Below, one piece after another: positions 1 through 9,353 of a stretch of DNA of 64,000 nucleotides. Positions within the stretch are counted from its first letter, which is position 1; each line of letters starts with the position of its first letter. The stretch is from IMG/VR virus record IMGVR_UViG_3300029998_000021; one strand, 5' to 3'. The stretch is from a virus (lineage: Duplodnaviria; Heunggongvirae; Uroviricota; Caudoviricetes). Below the pieces are notes generated by a model. That model saw only the letters and a list, made by a program, of their open reading frames with translations, had not been told where the DNA came from and did not search any database. The position numbers were made by a program, and so were the translations under genes.

Positions 1-215
1 AGTTAATATAGGGCACCACAATTTATTGCCATTATAATTATAATTAATAATGTAAAATTTTCCAATCTGCATATTATTAATTGTTGTTCCTCTTACTTGA
101 TTATTAGGATCTCTTAAAATATAAGTAAATAATTCTACAGTAGATTCATTTCTTATTACTTTAATATTTTGGTTATATTGACCATATAAAGCTCTAACTT
201 CTTCTGTAAAATTCA
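1..215 (-). CDS. hypothetical protein, N-terminal fragment (gene runs off window start)
   Basis: Minus-strand ATG at 213-215 (MNFTEEVRALYGQYNQNIKV...), open to position 1. Confidence 0.3.
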
Positions 216-533
216 TTAAATATTAAATTTTTTTGCTAATAATATAGATTCTAAATCTTCTTTATTTTTAGAAACATATTTAATTTCGTCTTTATACATT
301 CCTCTCCGATGAAAATTTTTATTTTTAAGTCCTTCTGGAGCATTATTATATTTAACAATATAAGGATAGCCACAGTTCAAATCAATAACTTCACCAATAT
401 TATTTTCAATAAAAAAATTAATATCATTATCATATTCAGAGCATATTACATAATCACCTATTTCTACCTTTATAGAATTTTTGGTAATGTTTGAGTCAGG
501 GGATAAATTATCAAATTGTTTTATATATTTCAT
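216..533 (-). CDS. MKYIKTFE/KYNL small-protein family member (ends KKFNI)
   Basis: ORF track; N-term MKYIKQFDNL, C-term KKFNI; ATGA-type coupling to neighbour. Confidence 0.55.
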   Translation of the reverse strand: MKYIKQFDNLSPDSNITKNSIKVEIGDYVICSEYDNDINFFIENNIGEVIDLNCGYPYIVKYNNAPEGLKNKNFHRRGMYKDEIKYVSKNKEDLESILLAKKFNI

Positions 534-859
534 AAATTATATTTTTTTGATATTAAAAATGATTCTAAATCTTCTTTATTTTTATATTCTAATATAATTT
601 CATAACTTTTTACAAAATATGTAAGATCCTTATTTAATATAACATATAAAGGTATATCTTTCTTATTATATTGTACTACAATAAAATTTTCTGGTGAAAA
701 TATATTTTCTTCTATTCTTATTATTTGTCCAATTGTATTATTGAAAAATTTCTTTTCTTTTATAGTAATTTGAAAAAATGGATTTATGATTACATAATTT
801 CCAACTCTACTTAATTCTTCTTCAGTTGCAGCCAATTCAAATGTTTTTATATATTTCAT
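530..859 (-). CDS. MKYIKTFE/KYNL family member
   Basis: N-term MKYIKTFE, C-term KKYNL; 4-nt overlap with downstream paralog. Confidence 0.6.
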   Translation of the reverse strand: MKYIKTFELAATEEELSRVGNYVIINPFFQITIKEKKFFNNTIGQIIRIEENIFSPENFIVVQYNKKDIPLYVILNKDLTYFVKSYEIILEYKNKEDLESFLISKKYNL

Positions 860-872
860 ACAATAAATATAA

Positions 873-1397
873 TTAAGGAATAAGTCCTTTACTTCTAAGC
901 CAATCTTCTGTGATTATCTTAAAATGTAAATTTCTTTTGTCACACCATTCTTTTGTAAATGCCCATTTATGTAAATTTTTCTTAAATGTTATTTGAGCAT
1001 ATTCAAAATTCTCCAACATCTTTAATGTTTGTGTTTTTGGCTCAACAGGTTTTTCTGTTTCATGTTTTGGTTTAATTTCTATAACCAATCTATTATATGT
1101 TTCAGGATCATTAGGATTTACCGTCTCCACATAAAAATCTGGAAGATATCTATGTGTTTCTAATATTTGTGTTTTACTATTTACAAATTGATATGGAATT
1201 TCTATACCTTCAGTGCTCCATTTTATAACATTTTGATTTATATCACAAAATCTACAAAATGCAAACTCCCAAGAACTTCTATATTCTATTGGATAAGATC
1301 CTATATATTTTTCAGGATTTTGAATAACATATTTACCTTTACTGGGTAATCCGTTTTTTAATCTTTTTGTTTTAACTGTTGCTCTATTTAATCCCAT
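873..1397 (-). CDS. hypothetical protein (possible PD-(D/E)XK-like nuclease, weak)
   Basis: 174-aa ORF; motifs YRSSWEFAFCRFCD and VIEIKPK. Confidence 0.45.
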   Translation of the reverse strand: MGLNRATVKTKRLKNGLPSKGKYVIQNPEKYIGSYPIEYRSSWEFAFCRFCDINQNVIKWSTEGIEIPYQFVNSKTQILETHRYLPDFYVETVNPNDPETYNRLVIEIKPKHETEKPVEPKTQTLKMLENFEYAQITFKKNLHKWAFTKEWCDKRNLHFKIITEDWLRSKGLIP

Positions 1398-1663
1398 TAA
1401 TAATTTTTATTTCTAAAAGCATTAGGATTTGGGGGATCTTGAATAAGTTTAGTATTATCCGTAACAGCAATATAATTTTTTCCTTTATTTGCCAATGCAA
1501 CATCATATAATGTTGGAAATCTATTATATCCACCAGATTTAATATCATTAAATTGAATATCTCTTACTAGCATAATAAACTCTTCTTCCCTCTGTGTTGG
1601 AGGTGAAGGAACTGGATATGATTCAACATATCCATCATTTCTAACCCAATCTTTTAGTGCCAT
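1397..1663 (-). CDS. hypothetical protein
   Basis: 88-aa ORF, 1-nt overlap with downstream gene. Confidence 0.4.
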   Translation of the reverse strand: MALKDWVRNDGYVESYPVPSPPTQREEEFIMLVRDIQFNDIKSGGYNRFPTLYDVALANKGKNYIAVTDNTKLIQDPPNPNAFRNKNY

Positions 1664-1690
1664 AATAGTATATATAAAAATTTTATTCTA

Positions 1691-2065
1691 TTAAATATTA
1701 TGCAATCCTTTACCTTCATTTGAGTGACTTAAACTTATCATTCTTGGTGAGTCTTGGTTATTTTTCTTTTGATAAATCACATTTAAACCACCAGCAATGC
1801 CTCTTTTACAAATTTCAGAAAAATATGGAAATGCTGATGAATATTTCTTCTCATTAAATAAGGCCCAATTTTGTAGCATCATCAGTATACCGTTTTGCAT
1901 ACAATCATATTTATCATCTGATGTTTTATATTTTCTTTCAAACTTTTTTATCATCTCTTCACCTATTTTAATAATCATTTTTTCCGCATTTTTAGTTAGT
2001 TTACCGCGTCCTTTTGAAATTAGCACCTCATAGTAGAAATCCGTGTCGTTTATGTATCTCGCCAT
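1691..2065 (-). CDS. gp55-like late-transcription sigma factor (short)
   Basis: LFNEKKYSSAFPYFSEICKRGIAGG resembles T4 gp55 [22 protein letters not shown] region; N-term YYEVLISKG ~ YNYVNNKEL. Confidence 0.45.
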   Translation of the reverse strand: MARYINDTDFYYEVLISKGRGKLTKNAEKMIIKIGEEMIKKFERKYKTSDDKYDCMQNGILMMLQNWALFNEKKYSSAFPYFSEICKRGIAGGLNVIYQKKNNQDSPRMISLSHSNEGKGLHNI

Positions 2066-2139
2066 ATATTATGTTATTTTTTGAGTCTTTATTCTAAAAT
2101 GCCTTAAATATATGATATTGCCTTGAAATTTAATATGTT

Positions 2140-2170
2140 ACTATTTTAATTTAGTCTAAATTAAAATAGT
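2140..2170. promoter_or_regulatory. perfect 15-bp inverted repeat ACTATTTTAATTTAG-TC-CTAAATTAAAATAGT
   Basis: Seen in sequence about 75 nt upstream of the gp55-like gene start; AT-rich palindrome typical of an operator. Confidence 0.35.
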
Positions 2171-2237
2171 GGATTAATTGTTATATAATGTTATGAATTA
2201 AAAGTTTATGAAAAATGTAAATTTTTTTAATTTTAAA

Positions 2238-2276
2238 GTAAAAAAAGGGTCACATTTCCATATGACCCTTTTCTAA
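2238..2276. terminator. bidirectional rho-independent terminator
   Basis: GGGTCACATTTCCATATGACCC stem flanked by A-run and T-run, immediately 3' of gene 2292..3587. Confidence 0.6.
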
Positions 2277-2291
2277 ATTATTGTAAATTAA

Positions 2292-3587
2292 TTATAAAAT
2301 CATTCTTTTTGCCTTTACTTTATCATCTTTAATTTGTTTAAGGTTTTCATAAAGCTCGTGTTTTGAAATCAATAAGTCATTAAATGTTTTTTTCAATGCC
2401 TCATCTTCATTTACTAATTCTTCATGTTCTTTCAATAATGCTAAGCCTTCGTCAATTTGTTTAATTGCTTCTTTAACTTCCATTTCTTTATCTTCTAAGG
2501 TTCTCAAATGTTTAATTTCTTTTGAAAGTTTATTATCTAAAAATTTTGTTAAATCATAATCAAGTTCTCTTTGAACATCATTAATTAAATCATTTGCTGA
2601 ATTATATTCATAGAAAGCTGTACCTGTTCTTGCGTCATTATTATAAACATACATTTTATCCTTATAATTTACTACATAACATTCTAGATATGGATGTAAT
2701 ACATTTTCAACCTTCAATGCGATATCTAAATCTACAAATTTATCAATATTTTGAGCTGCTGTTGTTGATAAGACATAATAATCTTTCTTCAACCAAGGAA
2801 TAATTTTAGAATTAAATAAATTTTCCAATGTGGTCTCTTTGTCTAATTTCTCTTCGTTTAAGAAAACATCTTTATCATTCTTTGTTGAAATACTCAATAC
2901 TAAATTTTCATCTAATCTAAAAGAAATTGAATCTTCTTTAATATCACCAATAGTCATAACTTTTTCTAAAATTCTGAATTCTCTAACTTTATCAATATCC
3001 TTAATATGATCTTCTAGCAAGCACTGTTTAACTTCGTCTTGATTAATTAAAAACCAACGATCTTTCATAAATACTAAATTACCATTCTCTGTTTTTTCAA
3101 CTAATGTAAATACCTTTGAAGCCTTACCTGAATTTACTAAATTTTGTCTTTGAATTGGATTATTCATATATCCACTCATAAACAATTTAACCTCTGGAAT
3201 CCAATCGTGAATAACTAATTCATTAACAATTGATGACATTTTTGTATCATTATCATTCATATTGATAATATTAAGAATTGAATTCAATGCTGGACGATAC
3301 ATTTGTCCATAATTTTTTCTTTCAATTTTCTTGTATAAATCCTTCAAATTATAATTCAAAGGCTCACTTTTGATCTCCGCCTCTAATCCTTCAACCAATC
3401 TTTTAACTTTACTATCCCAAGCAAATGGAGTTAAAGTTTCTTTAACAGAGCTAACCAATTCTTTTTCTGAATATTTATCATAATTGCTGATAAATCTCTC
3501 AACAATGATATTTAATTCATAATCTTCAATAGGTAAATCTTTTTTAAAATTAAACAAATCATACTTTAAATTTTTCATATTTTTCAT
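2292..3587 (-). CDS. hypothetical protein with C-terminal coiled coil
   Basis: 431-aa ORF, starts MKNMKNLKYD; charged heptad-like C-terminus. Confidence 0.5.
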   Translation of the reverse strand: MKNMKNLKYDLFNFKKDLPIEDYELNIIVERFISNYDKYSEKELVSSVKETLTPFAWDSKVKRLVEGLEAEIKSEPLNYNLKDLYKKIERKNYGQMYRPALNSILNIINMNDNDTKMSSIVNELVIHDWIPEVKLFMSGYMNNPIQRQNLVNSGKASKVFTLVEKTENGNLVFMKDRWFLINQDEVKQCLLEDHIKDIDKVREFRILEKVMTIGDIKEDSISFRLDENLVLSISTKNDKDVFLNEEKLDKETTLENLFNSKIIPWLKKDYYVLSTTAAQNIDKFVDLDIALKVENVLHPYLECYVVNYKDKMYVYNNDARTGTAFYEYNSANDLINDVQRELDYDLTKFLDNKLSKEIKHLRTLEDKEMEVKEAIKQIDEGLALLKEHEELVNEDEALKKTFNDLLISKHELYENLKQIKDDKVKAKRMIL

Positions 3588-3612
3588 TATTTTTTATTTT
3601 TGTAACTGTATC

Positions 3613-3700
3613 TTACAGTTTTTTTTATTTTTTTGTTCTTTTATGAGTTTATATATAAACAAAAAAATCTCATTTTTTGTCAAAATGAGATTTTTTTATC
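3613..3700. other. two strong hairpins (AACTGTATCTTACAGTT; 12-bp AAATCTCATTTT/AAAATGAGATTT) likely within IS left end
   Basis: Perfect inverted repeats each followed by T-runs, located between the tnpB start and the 30-nt end motif. Confidence 0.4.
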
Positions 3701-3708
3701 GAAATAGA

Positions 3709-3738
3709 AAAATATGACTTTATTTTATTTATATATAC
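3709..3738 (-). repeat. 30-nt motif TATATATAAATAAAATAAAGTCATATTTTT (copy 1, minus orientation)
   Basis: Identical 30-mer also at 21828-21857 and 30437-30466, degenerate copy at 12570-12595; always just upstream of and opposite to a nuclease gene. Confidence 0.7.
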
Positions 3739-3764
3739 TTATACAAGAAAAAACAATAGTATAA

Positions 3765-5018
3765 GTGAAAGTAATTAAATATACATATAAATTTAGATTA
3801 AAACCAACAAATGACCAGAAAATTCTTTTAAATAAGCATTTTGGTTCTGTTAGATGGACTTATAATTATTTTTTAAACCAACGAAAAGAAGAATACCTTA
3901 ATAATAAAAAATCAATAACCTACAATAAACAATCAGAATATCTAACACAATTAAAGAAAAATGAAGAAACCGAATGGCTAAAAGAAATAAACAGTCAAAC
4001 ATTACAATACTCTCTTAAATGTTTAGATACTGCTTATTCAGGGTTTTTTGCTGGAAGATCAAAACTTCCAAAATTTAAATCAAGGAAAAATAGAAATTCA
4101 TTTACTGTACCGCAATTCGTGTCTGTAAATAAAAATAAATTATTTATACCAAAATTTAGAGAAATGGGTATAGAAATAATAATGAATAGAAAAATTAAAG
4201 GAACAATTAAACATTGTTCTATATCAAAAACTTCTACTGGAAAATATTTTGTATCAATTTTAACAGAGCAAGAACATCAACCAACAACAAAATCAAATCA
4301 ATCAGCAGGAATAGATTTAGGAATAAAAGACTTTTTAGTATTATCTAATGGAACGAAAATCAAGAACCATAGATTTTTAAAACACTACGAAAGGACGTTA
4401 GCACTAAATCAAAAACATCTATCAAAGAAGACTAAAGGATCAAATCGTTATGAAAAACAAAGATTAAAAGTTGCTAAAATTCATGAAAAAATAACAAACT
4501 CAAGAATGGATTTAATTCATAAAACAACTAATAATCTAATTCGTAATTTTGATGTTATTTATCTGGAAGATTTAAATATTAAAGGAATGAGCAAAAGATG
4601 TAAGTCAAAACAAGATAAAAATGGTAAATATTTACCCAATAATCAATCAGCAAAATCAGGATTGAATAAATCCATTTTAGATGTTAGTTGGGGTAAATTT
4701 ATTGAGGTTCTAGAATATAAAGCCTCTTGGAATGATAAGCAAGTCATTCATATAAATAGATTTTTTCCATCTTCTAAGGCTTGTTCTAAGTGTGGTTGTA
4801 TTAATAATAATCTAGCACTTAAAGATAGAACTTGGATTTGTCCTAAATGTGGTTCAGTTCATGATAGAGATGTGAATGCAGCAATAAATATCCTTAACGA
4901 AGGATATCGTAAAAATATATCAGATGGAACGTCTGATTACGAGCGTGGAGCAAAAATAAGACCAATTTCGGTTGGCACAAGCAATGAAACGTTTAAAGAG
5001 AAGGAACTTGTTTCCTGA
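3765..5018 (+). CDS. tnpB: TnpB (IS605 OrfB-type RNA-guided nuclease), GTG start
   Basis: RuvC motifs AGIDLGIKDF, IYLEDLNIKGM, RDVNAAINI; Zn finger CSKCGC...CPKCG; N-term KFRLKPTNDQ. Confidence 0.9.
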   Translation: MKVIKYTYKFRLKPTNDQKILLNKHFGSVRWTYNYFLNQRKEEYLNNKKSITYNKQSEYLTQLKKNEETEWLKEINSQTLQYSLKCLDTAYSGFFAGRSKLPKFKSRKNRNSFTVPQFVSVNKNKLFIPKFREMGIEIIMNRKIKGTIKHCSISKTSTGKYFVSILTEQEHQPTTKSNQSAGIDLGIKDFLVLSNGTKIKNHRFLKHYERTLALNQKHLSKKTKGSNRYEKQRLKVAKIHEKITNSRMDLIHKTTNNLIRNFDVIYLEDLNIKGMSKRCKSKQDKNGKYLPNNQSAKSGLNKSILDVSWGKFIEVLEYKASWNDKQVIHINRFFPSSKACSKCGCINNNLALKDRTWICPKCGSVHDRDVNAAINILNEGYRKNISDGTSDYERGAKIRPISVGTSNETFKEKELVS

Positions 5019-5038
5019 AACTGAAATATTAAAATATT

Positions 5039-5254
5039 TTAGTAGTTCATAGGAAATGCATAAAAACCAATTGGTGCCGGAGGCGCATGAAATGAATCTT
5101 CACCAAATCCTTTTTGTTTAGTCAAATGCATTCTACCATATCTAACAAAAGTGTTGTCAATATCTACTTTTTTAATCTTAATTCTATTTCTTCCACCAAA
5201 AATCTCATCTTTATTATCAAGAAAATATTTTTCAAATGACTTTAAATTTTTCAT
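5039..5254 (-). CDS. truncated MKNLKSFEKY family member (lacks KYNL tail), abuts tnpB 3' end
   Basis: 71 aa versus about 110 aa for paralogs; family N-terminus retained. Confidence 0.45.
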   Translation of the reverse strand: MKNLKSFEKYFLDNKDEIFGGRNRIKIKKVDIDNTFVRYGRMHLTKQKGFGEDSFHAPPAPIGFYAFPMNY

Positions 5255-5586
5255 AAATTATATTTATTTGATTGTAATTTTAATTTTAGTTCAGTTGGAG
5301 TCTTAGCAAAAGCCGCAATATTACTTAAATCAGTAGATTTTACACCATCAGAAGGAAATTGATGTTTTATATTTTTTGGTATATTATAATATTGTATTTG
5401 CACACCAATAATTTTATGCTCAAAATCAAAAATAAGACTTATAACTTTACCTATATGAGTTGATAAAAATATAATCATATCTTCATATTCAAGTCCCCAA
5501 CCACTAATATAATTTAATTGTATATAATCTCCAATTTCTGGTATATCGCTCATTGAATATTTTTCAAATGTTTTTAAATTTTTCAT
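5251..5586 (-). CDS. MKNLKTFEKY/KYNL family member
   Basis: N and C termini conserved; ATGA overlap. Confidence 0.6.
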   Translation of the reverse strand: MKNLKTFEKYSMSDIPEIGDYIQLNYISGWGLEYEDMIIFLSTHIGKVISLIFDFEHKIIGVQIQYYNIPKNIKHQFPSDGVKSTDLSNIAAFAKTPTELKLKLQSNKYNL

Positions 5587-5921
5587 AAATTATATTTATT
5601 TGCTGTTACTTTCATTATTACTTCTTCTGGGGTTTTACCAAACCCAATTACTGTATTTGCTTTTCCTATCCATATTAGCCAAGAATTATTTTCGGTATCA
5701 AAATATCTTATACGAATACTATCATCTGGTTTATTTATATATTTAACTAATATAGTATGTTCTTCGTCTTTAATAACTTGCCCAACGTTATTATTAATAA
5801 ATTGTGAAAGTTTAATTTCTTCATCTGTTTTTGATCTGTTTGGTAAATTTAAATTAATTATAACATAATCATCTACTTGTACTGAGTTATTATATTTTTT
5901 AAATGTCTTTAAATTTTTCAT
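5583..5921 (-). CDS. MKNLKTFKKY/KYNL family member
   Basis: as above. Confidence 0.6.
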   Translation of the reverse strand: MKNLKTFKKYNNSVQVDDYVIINLNLPNRSKTDEEIKLSQFINNNVGQVIKDEEHTILVKYINKPDDSIRIRYFDTENNSWLIWIGKANTVIGFGKTPEEVIMKVTANKYNL

Positions 5922-6262
5922 AAATTATATTTATTTATTGCATTTTTTAATAAAAATTCTTTTTTCTCTTGTGGCGTTGCCATTCTAATATTATCGTGTA
6001 ATATATCTATATGATAAGAATTATTATATTCAATAAAATTATTTTCAAGTTTATCTGGAATAGTATTATATTTAAGAGTATAGTAAGCATATTTAACATC
6101 TTCAATTTCGCCAACCGTATTATTTAAAAAACCTTTTAAATCATTTAAATTAAAATTTGCTCCTGTTATAAATCCAACAACTAAATCACCAACATCTGGT
6201 TTTTTAATTAATAATCTATTATCTCTTTTAGAAAATCTTTCAAATGTTTTTATCTTTTTCAT
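5918..6262 (-). CDS. MKKIKTFERF/KYNL family member
   Basis: as above. Confidence 0.6.
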   Translation of the reverse strand: MKKIKTFERFSKRDNRLLIKKPDVGDLVVGFITGANFNLNDLKGFLNNTVGEIEDVKYAYYTLKYNTIPDKLENNFIEYNNSYHIDILHDNIRMATPQEKKEFLLKNAINKYNL

Positions 6263-6531
6263 AAATTATATTTATTTATAGATATCTCCGTATCTGATGT
6301 AAACACTTCTTCATTCCAGGACCCTAGATTTTGTTTTGTATTAGGGTCTAAAATATTTAGATAATTGGCTTGAGAATCTTTATATATTTTATTTATAATA
6401 TATGGTTTTTTGTATTGTGGAATTGGTATATTATCTGTTTTTCTTAAATCTTTTCTAATGCAAATTACAATATCACCTTTTTTATATTTTGATTTTGATT
6501 CAAATAACTTTATATATTTCATAAATTTCAC
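6259..6531 (-). CDS. family member (MKFMKYIKLFES...KYNL)
   Basis: as above. Confidence 0.55.
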   Translation of the reverse strand: MKFMKYIKLFESKSKYKKGDIVICIRKDLRKTDNIPIPQYKKPYIINKIYKDSQANYLNILDPNTKQNLGSWNEEVFTSDTEISINKYNL

Positions 6532-7364
6532 TCCATATTATTTATTTCATTCTGTCTCTTATCTTCTCCCTCTGTCATTATCTTTTCTTTATTAGATTGA
6601 TCACCAAAATTATGATACCAGTAAACTCTTTTTAATACTCCAGCAGAACTTGGCAGAACTCCATCTGGTTTAGGCACACCAAGATAACTCCAATCAATAG
6701 TATTATCATTATCACAAATCTCAAAATCATCACTCATAACATCAAAAACTGGATAATAAGTATTAACTTCTAATGAAAATTTCATTGTTATTATATTATC
6801 AGAAGTCATGTTTATTTCTCTTGGAATTTCTACACCACTATCAGATGGCAATTTAAATTGTGCATCAATTTTTATTCCAAAATAACTAATATAAAAAAAT
6901 CTATAATTAAATAGAACATCCAAAATTTTAGTATAACAAATATCTGCTTCCCATTCATTATCTAATCTAATTTGAATATCATATGCTAATGTAACTGGAA
7001 CCGCCTTTGTCCTACTTACTATAACTTTAAATTCATCATTTATTTTAGTTTCTTTTGCTAAATATGTATTTGGGTTAGCAAATTCATCATCTTTTTGAGA
7101 ACCACCTTTAAATGTGACTACACCTCTTTGCTTTTGATCAGTATTCAATTCCACTCTGTTACCAACAATATCATCAACAAATGCGTCTAACATAAATCTT
7201 TCTTGTCCAGCATATGAAGTGTAAAAAGGAAGTAAAACTCTTATTTTTTTACCATCACTCCAACGATTTATCCATCTCACTTTAGTTCCTAAAACTTTAC
7301 ATAATGCTATTGTCGTCATTCTAACAAAATTATCATCATAATTGTATTCTTCATTTATGTGCAT
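6528..7364 (-). CDS. hypothetical protein (possibly virion structural; late promoter upstream)
   Basis: 278-aa ORF; TATAAATA on coding strand 17 nt upstream. Confidence 0.45.
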   Translation of the reverse strand: MHINEEYNYDDNFVRMTTIALCKVLGTKVRWINRWSDGKKIRVLLPFYTSYAGQERFMLDAFVDDIVGNRVELNTDQKQRGVVTFKGGSQKDDEFANPNTYLAKETKINDEFKVIVSRTKAVPVTLAYDIQIRLDNEWEADICYTKILDVLFNYRFFYISYFGIKIDAQFKLPSDSGVEIPREINMTSDNIITMKFSLEVNTYYPVFDVMSDDFEICDNDNTIDWSYLGVPKPDGVLPSSAGVLKRVYWYHNFGDQSNKEKIMTEGEDKRQNEINNME

Positions 7365-7381
7365 TTTAAACTTTTTTATTT

Positions 7382-7389
7382 TATTTATA
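7382..7389 (-). promoter_or_regulatory. T4-type late promoter box TATAAATA
   Basis: Plus TATTTATA is TATAAATA on the minus strand, 17 nt upstream of ATG 7364. Confidence 0.35.
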
Positions 7390-7414
7390 TATAAAAAATG
7401 GCATCAACAAAAAT

Positions 7415-7744
7415 ATGAAGTATCAGAGGAAATTTGTCATAAAAATTATTAATGCGCCATGGACGCCATGGATCAATAAAAATAAAAATCTTTATATTAA
7501 AGATTTTATTAAAAACTCAATAGGATTTCATTACACAACAACTCATATTTTAGAAAATGCAAAATTTTGGCGGTATAAAAAAACTTGTGAGAATAGTATA
7601 AACTTATTTTTAAAAAATATGGATATCACAAAAATTAAAAATATAGACAATCTTGTTTTTGAAATAATAGAAATAACTGATAATCAAACACTAAGAAATA
7701 TAAAACTTAATATAATTAATAGATTAAATAAAGATGAAAATTAA
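7415..7744 (+). CDS. hypothetical protein
   Basis: 109-aa ORF. Confidence 0.4.
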   Translation: MKYQRKFVIKIINAPWTPWINKNKNLYIKDFIKNSIGFHYTTTHILENAKFWRYKKTCENSINLFLKNMDITKIKNIDNLVFEIIEITDNQTLRNIKLNIINRLNKDEN

Positions 7745-7979
7745 AATAGGTGATAAAGTTAAAATAAATAAAAAAAAGGTTAATTTGGATTCATATAACA
7801 ATACATCATCTTGGTATTCAGATGAAATTTATACTATAAAAGATTTTGATAAAAAATGCAATATTACAACATTGGATAGAAATCTACATCATAGAAATGA
7901 TTGTAGAATCCATATACTATATTTAAAATCGCTAAAGAAAGAAAGAAAGAAAAAACTTTTAAAATTAAATTCACTATAA
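7734..7979 (+). CDS. hypothetical protein
   Basis: 81-aa ORF overlapping previous by 11 nt. Confidence 0.35.
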   Translation: MKIKIGDKVKINKKKVNLDSYNNTSSWYSDEIYTIKDFDKKCNITTLDRNLHHRNDCRIHILYLKSLKKERKKKLLKLNSL

Positions 7980-8029
7980 TATTCGGATAGAACCAAAATT
8001 AATCAATTCATAGTTATTAATTTTAAAAG

Positions 8030-8060
8030 AACACCATCTCCGGATGGTGTTTTTGTTTTT
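8030..8060 (+). terminator. rho-independent terminator
   Basis: AACACCATC-TCCG-GATGGTGTT stem followed by TTTGTTTTT. Confidence 0.6.
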
Positions 8061-8082
8061 AAAATATTTATATATAATAATT

Positions 8083-8373
8083 ATGAAATATATTAGAAAA
8101 TTTGAAAATATAGAATTTCCAACAGATGGAGATTATATTTTTTTTATAAATAAGAACAACGGCAATGGTTCATTACTTCGTTTTTTAGAAAATAATATTG
8201 GAATAATAAAATATACATATCCAAGTTATTATGAAATTAAATATAAAAATATACCTTCAAATATTGAAGCATATTTTTATAATGAGAAAATATCTTTATC
8301 AAAAGAAACAGTAAGATTTGCTACACCTGATGAAATAGAGCATTATGAAATATTAAATAAATACAATATATAA
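8083..8373 (+). CDS. family member (MKYIRKFENI...LNKYNI); ORF track start 8044 probably too early
   Basis: Internal Met gives canonical family N-terminus. Confidence 0.55.
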   Translation: MKYIRKFENIEFPTDGDYIFFINKNNGNGSLLRFLENNIGIIKYTYPSYYEIKYKNIPSNIEAYFYNEKISLSKETVRFATPDEIEHYEILNKYNI

Positions 8374-8374
8374 C

Positions 8375-8734
8375 ATGAAGCATCTTCAAGGATTTTACGA
8401 TAAAACAAATGAATCTATTTTTGATATATTTAAAAAATATAAAGATGGTGACTATGTTATAATAAAAGAAGATGGCTTTTTTTATTCAAAAACACCAGAA
8501 AAAACTGTCAAATTATCAAACACTACAATAAGAATAACTTCATCAACAATAACAAAAGATATTGAATTTAGTGATCTTAAATATGGAGAATTCAAAGAAA
8601 AACAATTTATTACAACAGATAGTAATAATGAGCGAAATTTAATATCAATAGAAAACATAAAAAGAAAAGCAACACAAAAAGAGATAGAACAATACGAATT
8701 AGAAATACAATATATAAATAAATACAATATATAA
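8375..8734 (+). CDS. family-related small protein (MKHLQGFYD...INKYNI)
   Basis: KYNI C-terminus; variant N-terminus. Confidence 0.5.
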   Translation: MKHLQGFYDKTNESIFDIFKKYKDGDYVIIKEDGFFYSKTPEKTVKLSNTTIRITSSTITKDIEFSDLKYGEFKEKQFITTDSNNERNLISIENIKRKATQKEIEQYELEIQYINKYNI

Positions 8735-8749
8735 AAATAATCAATAAAC

Positions 8750-9019
8750 ATGAAACATCTTCAAGGATTTTACGATCAAACAAATGAGCTAAATGAAGCT
8801 AAAATTACCACAAAAGAAATTAAATCAAATTTCACAAACGATACTTTAATTCAAGTGGTAGATGCAGATGATAAAAATATTGGACAAGCCAAAATTAAAA
8901 AAGGATTAAAAACTTCTTACAACGTATCGTATAAATTAAAAAATTATAAAGTTAATAAAGATGATTTATCATTAAATACTCACGGACAAATTCAAACTGA
9001 ATTAAAAAATTTAAAATGA
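8750..9019 (+). CDS. paralog of previous (same N-terminus MKHLQGFYD, no KYNI tail)
   Basis: Duplicated N-terminal segment. Confidence 0.45.
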   Translation: MKHLQGFYDQTNELNEAKITTKEIKSNFTNDTLIQVVDADDKNIGQAKIKKGLKTSYNVSYKLKNYKVNKDDLSLNTHGQIQTELKNLK

Positions 9020-9258
9020 AAAATATGAAAAACCTACACAAATTTGAAAATTATGATAATGTAGATATATCTTGGAATACTGAAGGAATTAAAGGACTAA
9101 TTAAATATTACGATGAAGAATTAAAAGAAGAACAAGAGTCAAGTCATTTTCCAGAAAGTGAGGAAGAACAGATAAATAGAAATGAAGAATGTCAAACTTT
9201 ATTAAAAGGTATGATTGATAAAAATTCTTGGTATTACAAAAAATTTAATAAAATTTAA
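9016..9258 (+). CDS. hypothetical acidic small protein (MKNMKNLHKFENYDN)
   Basis: 80-aa ORF coupled to upstream gene. Confidence 0.4.
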   Translation: MKNMKNLHKFENYDNVDISWNTEGIKGLIKYYDEELKEEQESSHFPESEEEQINRNEECQTLLKGMIDKNSWYYKKFNKI

Positions 9259-9311
9259 TAGAAGAAAAGGCGTTTCTAATTTAAACCTTTATCGTTTTTT
9301 ATCATATATTA

Positions 9312-9353
9312 TTCTAAATTAAATAAAATATTATTCTAAATTAAATAAAATAT
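9312..9353 (+). repeat. tandem direct repeat ATTCTAAATTAAATAAAATA x2
   Basis: Seen in sequence immediately upstream of the gp44 ATG. Confidence 0.5.

Larger units (their letters stand above)
3600..5038 (+). mobile_element. IS200/IS605-family TnpB-only element (boundaries approximate)
   Basis: tnpB plus subterminal hairpins and shared end motif; no tnpA adjacent. Confidence 0.35.

Noticed and set aside
309-494. Many short plus/minus ORFs embedded antisense in longer genes (e.g. 309..494, 1167..1349, 1797..2033, 2594..2803, 6410..6595, 8482..8751, 10566..10751, 11615..11943, 14317..14514, 15619..15963, 19103..19336, 25143..25412, 25640..25912, 27991..28209, 29895..30110, 33080..33346, 33599..33835, 36141..36335, 38121..38843, 42934..43515, 50938..51126, 51927..52424, 58972..59175, 60500..60814, 60868..61164, 62857..63289)
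   Set aside because: Low-complexity I/F/L/K-rich translations typical of antisense reading of AT-rich coding DNA. Each overlaps a longer ORF that has recognisable domains or family signatures.
5019-5038. Looking for the TnpB omega-RNA/right end by sequence similarity between the two tnpB 3' flanks
   Set aside because: No detectable similarity between 4950-5040 and 20425-20557 by eye, so right ends are not annotated.
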